From positions 40,736,001 through 40,800,000 of the forward strand of contig CM059432.1 in the NCBI GenBank assembly GCA_030390025.1: a stretch of 64,000 bases of DNA, written 5' to 3'. Positions 60,610-64,000 of the stretch are shown piece after piece. The stretch is from Squalus acanthias (lineage: Eukaryota). Every line of letters starts with the position of its first letter. Within the stretch, counting starts at the first letter, position 1. Position numbers and translations under genes: made by a program. The notes under the pieces are model-generated. The model did not search any database, had not been told where the DNA came from, and saw only the letters and a list, made by a program, of their open reading frames with translations.

Positions 60610-61238
60610 GCCACGTTGGAGGCCCTGGTGCAGGCGGTGAACAGGAGGAGGGAAATCCTGTTCCTCCCCAGGGGGCAGAAAGCCCTCCAGGCAACTCCTC
60701 CACCACCAGTGGGAAGAGGTTGCAGATGAGGTCAATGCCAGGAGCTTAGCTCCTAAGATGTGGCTGCAAACCCAAAAGAAGTTCAGTGACCTCACCAGAG
60801 TTATCAAGGTTAGAATACTGCTCTCTTATTCTCTGCTGACACCTCCAGCCTCATTCCTCACAATACTCCCCATCCCCCACTTCCCTTCATGTTCCTACAA
60901 TCACTGCACCACACTCCATTACACCACCTTCTCCTCATACTCACACACTCTCCACTATTCAAATCCTCACTTTACCACAACTGACATCTTACACACTACA
61001 TACCAACTACTCAACCATGACAAGCACATTCTCTAAACACCTCACAAGACTGTGACTAACATACTCCCTTCTTTCTTGCAGGAGAAAGTCGTGCATAACT
61101 TGAGACAGGAGGCTACCACTGGAGGAGGCCGAGCCAGCCAGCACACCCTCTCCCCATGTGGAAAAATCATGCTGGCCATCATGGGCAGGGGGAGAGTCAT
61201 GGCCGTTGTGAGTGGAAATGCTGGAGGAGACGTCAGGC
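60610..61238 (+). pseudogene. Decayed Harbinger Myb/SANT gene (exon 1 remnant 60610-60808 with a frameshift, exon 2 from 61082)
   Basis: LEALVQAVNRRREILF...WEEVADEVNARS...KKFSDLTRVIK|GT...CAG|EKVVHNLRQEATTGGG; same intron position as the intact gene. Confidence 0.82.
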
Positions 61239-62483
61239 TGTGAAGGAATAAGCCATATTCAGAAAAATACACCATTCTATGAAAGAATTCTGGCCTTTGT
61301 AACATGACAAACTGGGCTTGAAAATCTAAAAGCCTCAACAATCTAAAGCTGTAAGCAGCATACAGGCTATTGAGATAAGATAAGTTGTTGACACTGAATC
61401 AATAACCGTATTGAAACAGGAGGTTGGAAGCTCCTGAAGTCTGAAGCTTTGGAAAGAACACAATGGTACACCCTGTTAAGGTGTCTTAAATTACACTTTG
61501 GAAAGAAACACAGAAAATTAAGAAACATTTGCCTTCGTAAAAATGACATCAAATGAAACACAGGAGACATGATTCTGTGTTGCAACCAGCTGAGGTAACT
61601 AAGAAGACCCGGTTGAGGTGTTATTAATTTACACGTCGTTAAAAAGACACAAACAGAAGACCTTGGTAAGAATGACATCAAATAGATGCATCTGCTGTCA
61701 CACCGTTTTTATGATAAGCTTCGAACACCTAAAGGTAGAGACACAATTCTTAATGCTACCAGCTGAACTGACTGTAAGAATAGCAGGGGTCAGCAGAAAA
61801 ATGACTAGAGATAATTAGTTTACATCAGCAGAAAACTTCAAAGGAAATACCACTGAGAAAGGATATAAATATTGAACTTTCAAATGGGATGATAGTCTCA
61901 CTGTAAAGCGGCAAAGCGATTCTCAGGCTTCAGAGGCAAGCTCTGTAAGTCTATAACTCTTTGTACCTCAGGGATCAAAGTATTGTACTGTATTTGATTT
62001 TGGTGGATATCCTGGAATAAAGACTAAGAAATGTAAAAATGTAACGAAGTTAAGATTTGAGAATAAGGATCTCTGATAATAGAATTGTAAGATTTCTGCT
62101 TTTGGAACTGTTAATGTTGCGATTGAATCTCCAACTGTAATTATATGTCGGTTCTTTAATAAATCTATATATTTTTAGAATTGTCTCACATAATACTTCT
62201 GTATCAAACTTGCAAACTCAATCTCTGTACACTCTTTGGTGAGGAGTTGCAGAATTCTGAGGGAGTTTTCCAGACCCTCATAATATCCGGAACGTTACAG
62301 TCTAGCTAAACTTATTAAAAGTGCTATCTGGAGGACAGTAACATCTTCAGGTTGTTCCTTTCCTTTAGGGAGAGATAGTCTGGACCTTTAGACCCAATTA
62401 AGCGTCTTTAGGATTCAGCTACCTCAAACTTTAGTTGAAAGTGAACGTCTGGGGAATACGCCTGATCCGGGGTAGCCCTAACG
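61239..62483. mobile_element. Possible solo LTR
   Basis: Begins TGTGAAGG, ends ...CCTAACG, flanks AGGC and GGGC, internal AATAAA; abruptly interrupts the Myb relic. Confidence 0.4.
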
Positions 62484-63212
62484 GGGCTAGGACTAGTAAT
62501 TATCCCTTCAAGGCAGGATTTCTTTACACCTTATCCTCTTTTTTCCTCCTTACTTCTATCTCACCCTACACGCTCTGCATGCCAAACTGCACTACTTTCA
62601 CCAGCCACTCATTTCCAGTTACTCTCCTTTCATTCTAAAGGCTACCCCTTATATCTCTCTTTCATTTCAGGTGCTGCAACAAGCGTAGGGCCCTTATTTA
62701 AATATTTTAATCAGCGATTAACATACATCCGGTGAGCGTCCTGGATACGTACGGGGCAGCCTGATCCAATATGGTGGGCAGCGCACTTCTGACACGTGAT
62801 GAGTGAGTGCACCCCACCTGCAAATTGTGCTGTAGCACTGGAGTGTAGCCGATGTAACACCTTTGTTCAGGAAGGGAGAATGATAACCTGGGTAACTGTA
62901 GACCAGTTAGTCTAATATCAGTTGTGGGAAAACAGAATCGATAATTCAAGACTAAATTAATAAGCATTTAGAGATGCATGTGGTAATCAAGGACAGCCAG
63001 CAACAGAGTGACAGAGCTTTTGAACAAGTATGAGCTGATCAAAGAGAGCCAGCATGGAGAAGAAGTCGTGAGAAAAGGTAAGCTTCCCTTAATCTAAATT
63101 TTTAAAAATATAAATGAGTGAACATATTTATAACATGTCAAAGATCTTATGTGTATAGTTTGCACTTCCTGTAAGTGTCTCATTTTCTTCCTGTCACAGG
63201 AAATAACTCAGC

Positions 63213-63690
63213 AGGCTCCCATCATAGCTCAGTTAGTAATTGCACTGCCATGTGGGAGATTAAGCAACACAGACCAGGAAAATCCCAATTTTGATCCATG
63301 ATCCCTGTTGAATTTACCGATCTTAACCAGTGGGCACTGCAGTTGCCGTCAGTGACCTTGAGCTAAGGAGGGGTACAAATGAGTGGACTAAGCAGCCATT
63401 TTTCTCTCTTGAATGCTATCCGGTGATTCCTGATTAATTGGGGAGGTGAAATTTCTCCAATTAATAATTTTATGGAAAAAGGGAAACTCCATTTTGTACT
63501 CAAACTAACATTGTTAATTAATAACAGGAGAAATTTTGCCCCTAGGCTTGTCTGTGAATATGTTGAATAGCCTGCTGATAACTCACTGTCATGGCTTACA
63601 AATCAAGAGTGGCCATTCACGGGGCCTGTGAGACTATACTGTGACATGAGTCAGACTTTCAGGAGCGGATAGAAGAAAACTGAAAGGGAA
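63213..63690 (+). mobile_element. AmnSINE2-like old SINE with a small hairpin MITE inserted (about 63439-63542)
   Basis: GGCTCCC...TAGCTCAGTTAGTAA head, CAGACCAGGAA, GAATAGCCTGCTGA, CTTTCAGGAG; insert GAAATTTCTCC...GGAGAAATTT. Confidence 0.6.
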
Positions 63691-64000
63691 GGAGGAATCT
63701 AATTCCAGTAAAAAGTCTCCTTAGTCCATGCACGTTCCCCAGTCAAGAGAGCAGGAAGGCAGCCCTTGGCTTTTTCAATACCGCTCTTGAACTGTCACTG
63801 AAAGGTATATGAATGCCAGCTCAGGACGACTTGCCCTCTGTTTTTTTTCCACTCCATGCTTGATAGCTCCTTCTGAGGTCACAAATGCAATCAGGAACAC
63901 ACCCATTTTGGGAATCACAATTGGTGACCACATATTCTATTGCTTCTTCCACCTTCCATCCTATCACAGACCTACCCTTTTGTTCTTTCCTCCCCTGCCC

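Overview
Eukaryotic, repeat-dense vertebrate DNA. The repeat complement (CR1 and L2 LINEs, Deu-domain SacSINE1-like SINEs, Penelope-like fragments) points to a cartilaginous fish; this is an inference. One complete host gene is recognisable: an intronless FRAT/GBP (GSK3-binding protein) gene at 20086-20628 (+). It sits in an apparently transposon-poor island with a CpG-rich promoter. At 2157-2204 (-) there is a short exon encoding (L)PELEEGEDEIQFLKT followed by a GTAAGT donor. It matches the first coding exon of ryanodine receptors, suggesting a RyR-family gene running leftwards out of the window. The most complete mobile element is an apparently intact ~4.3 kb PIF/Harbinger DNA transposon (50416-54687) with terminal inverted repeats. 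It carries an uninterrupted DDE transposase and a convergent three-exon Myb/SANT gene that splices in frame to 458 aa. Older decayed Harbinger relics and Harbinger-, hAT- and Tc1/pogo-type MITEs are also present. Penelope-like element ends carry minimal hammerhead ribozyme motifs, three of them with intact cores. Boundaries of decayed repeats are approximate and all family names come from recalled knowledge, not from a database search.
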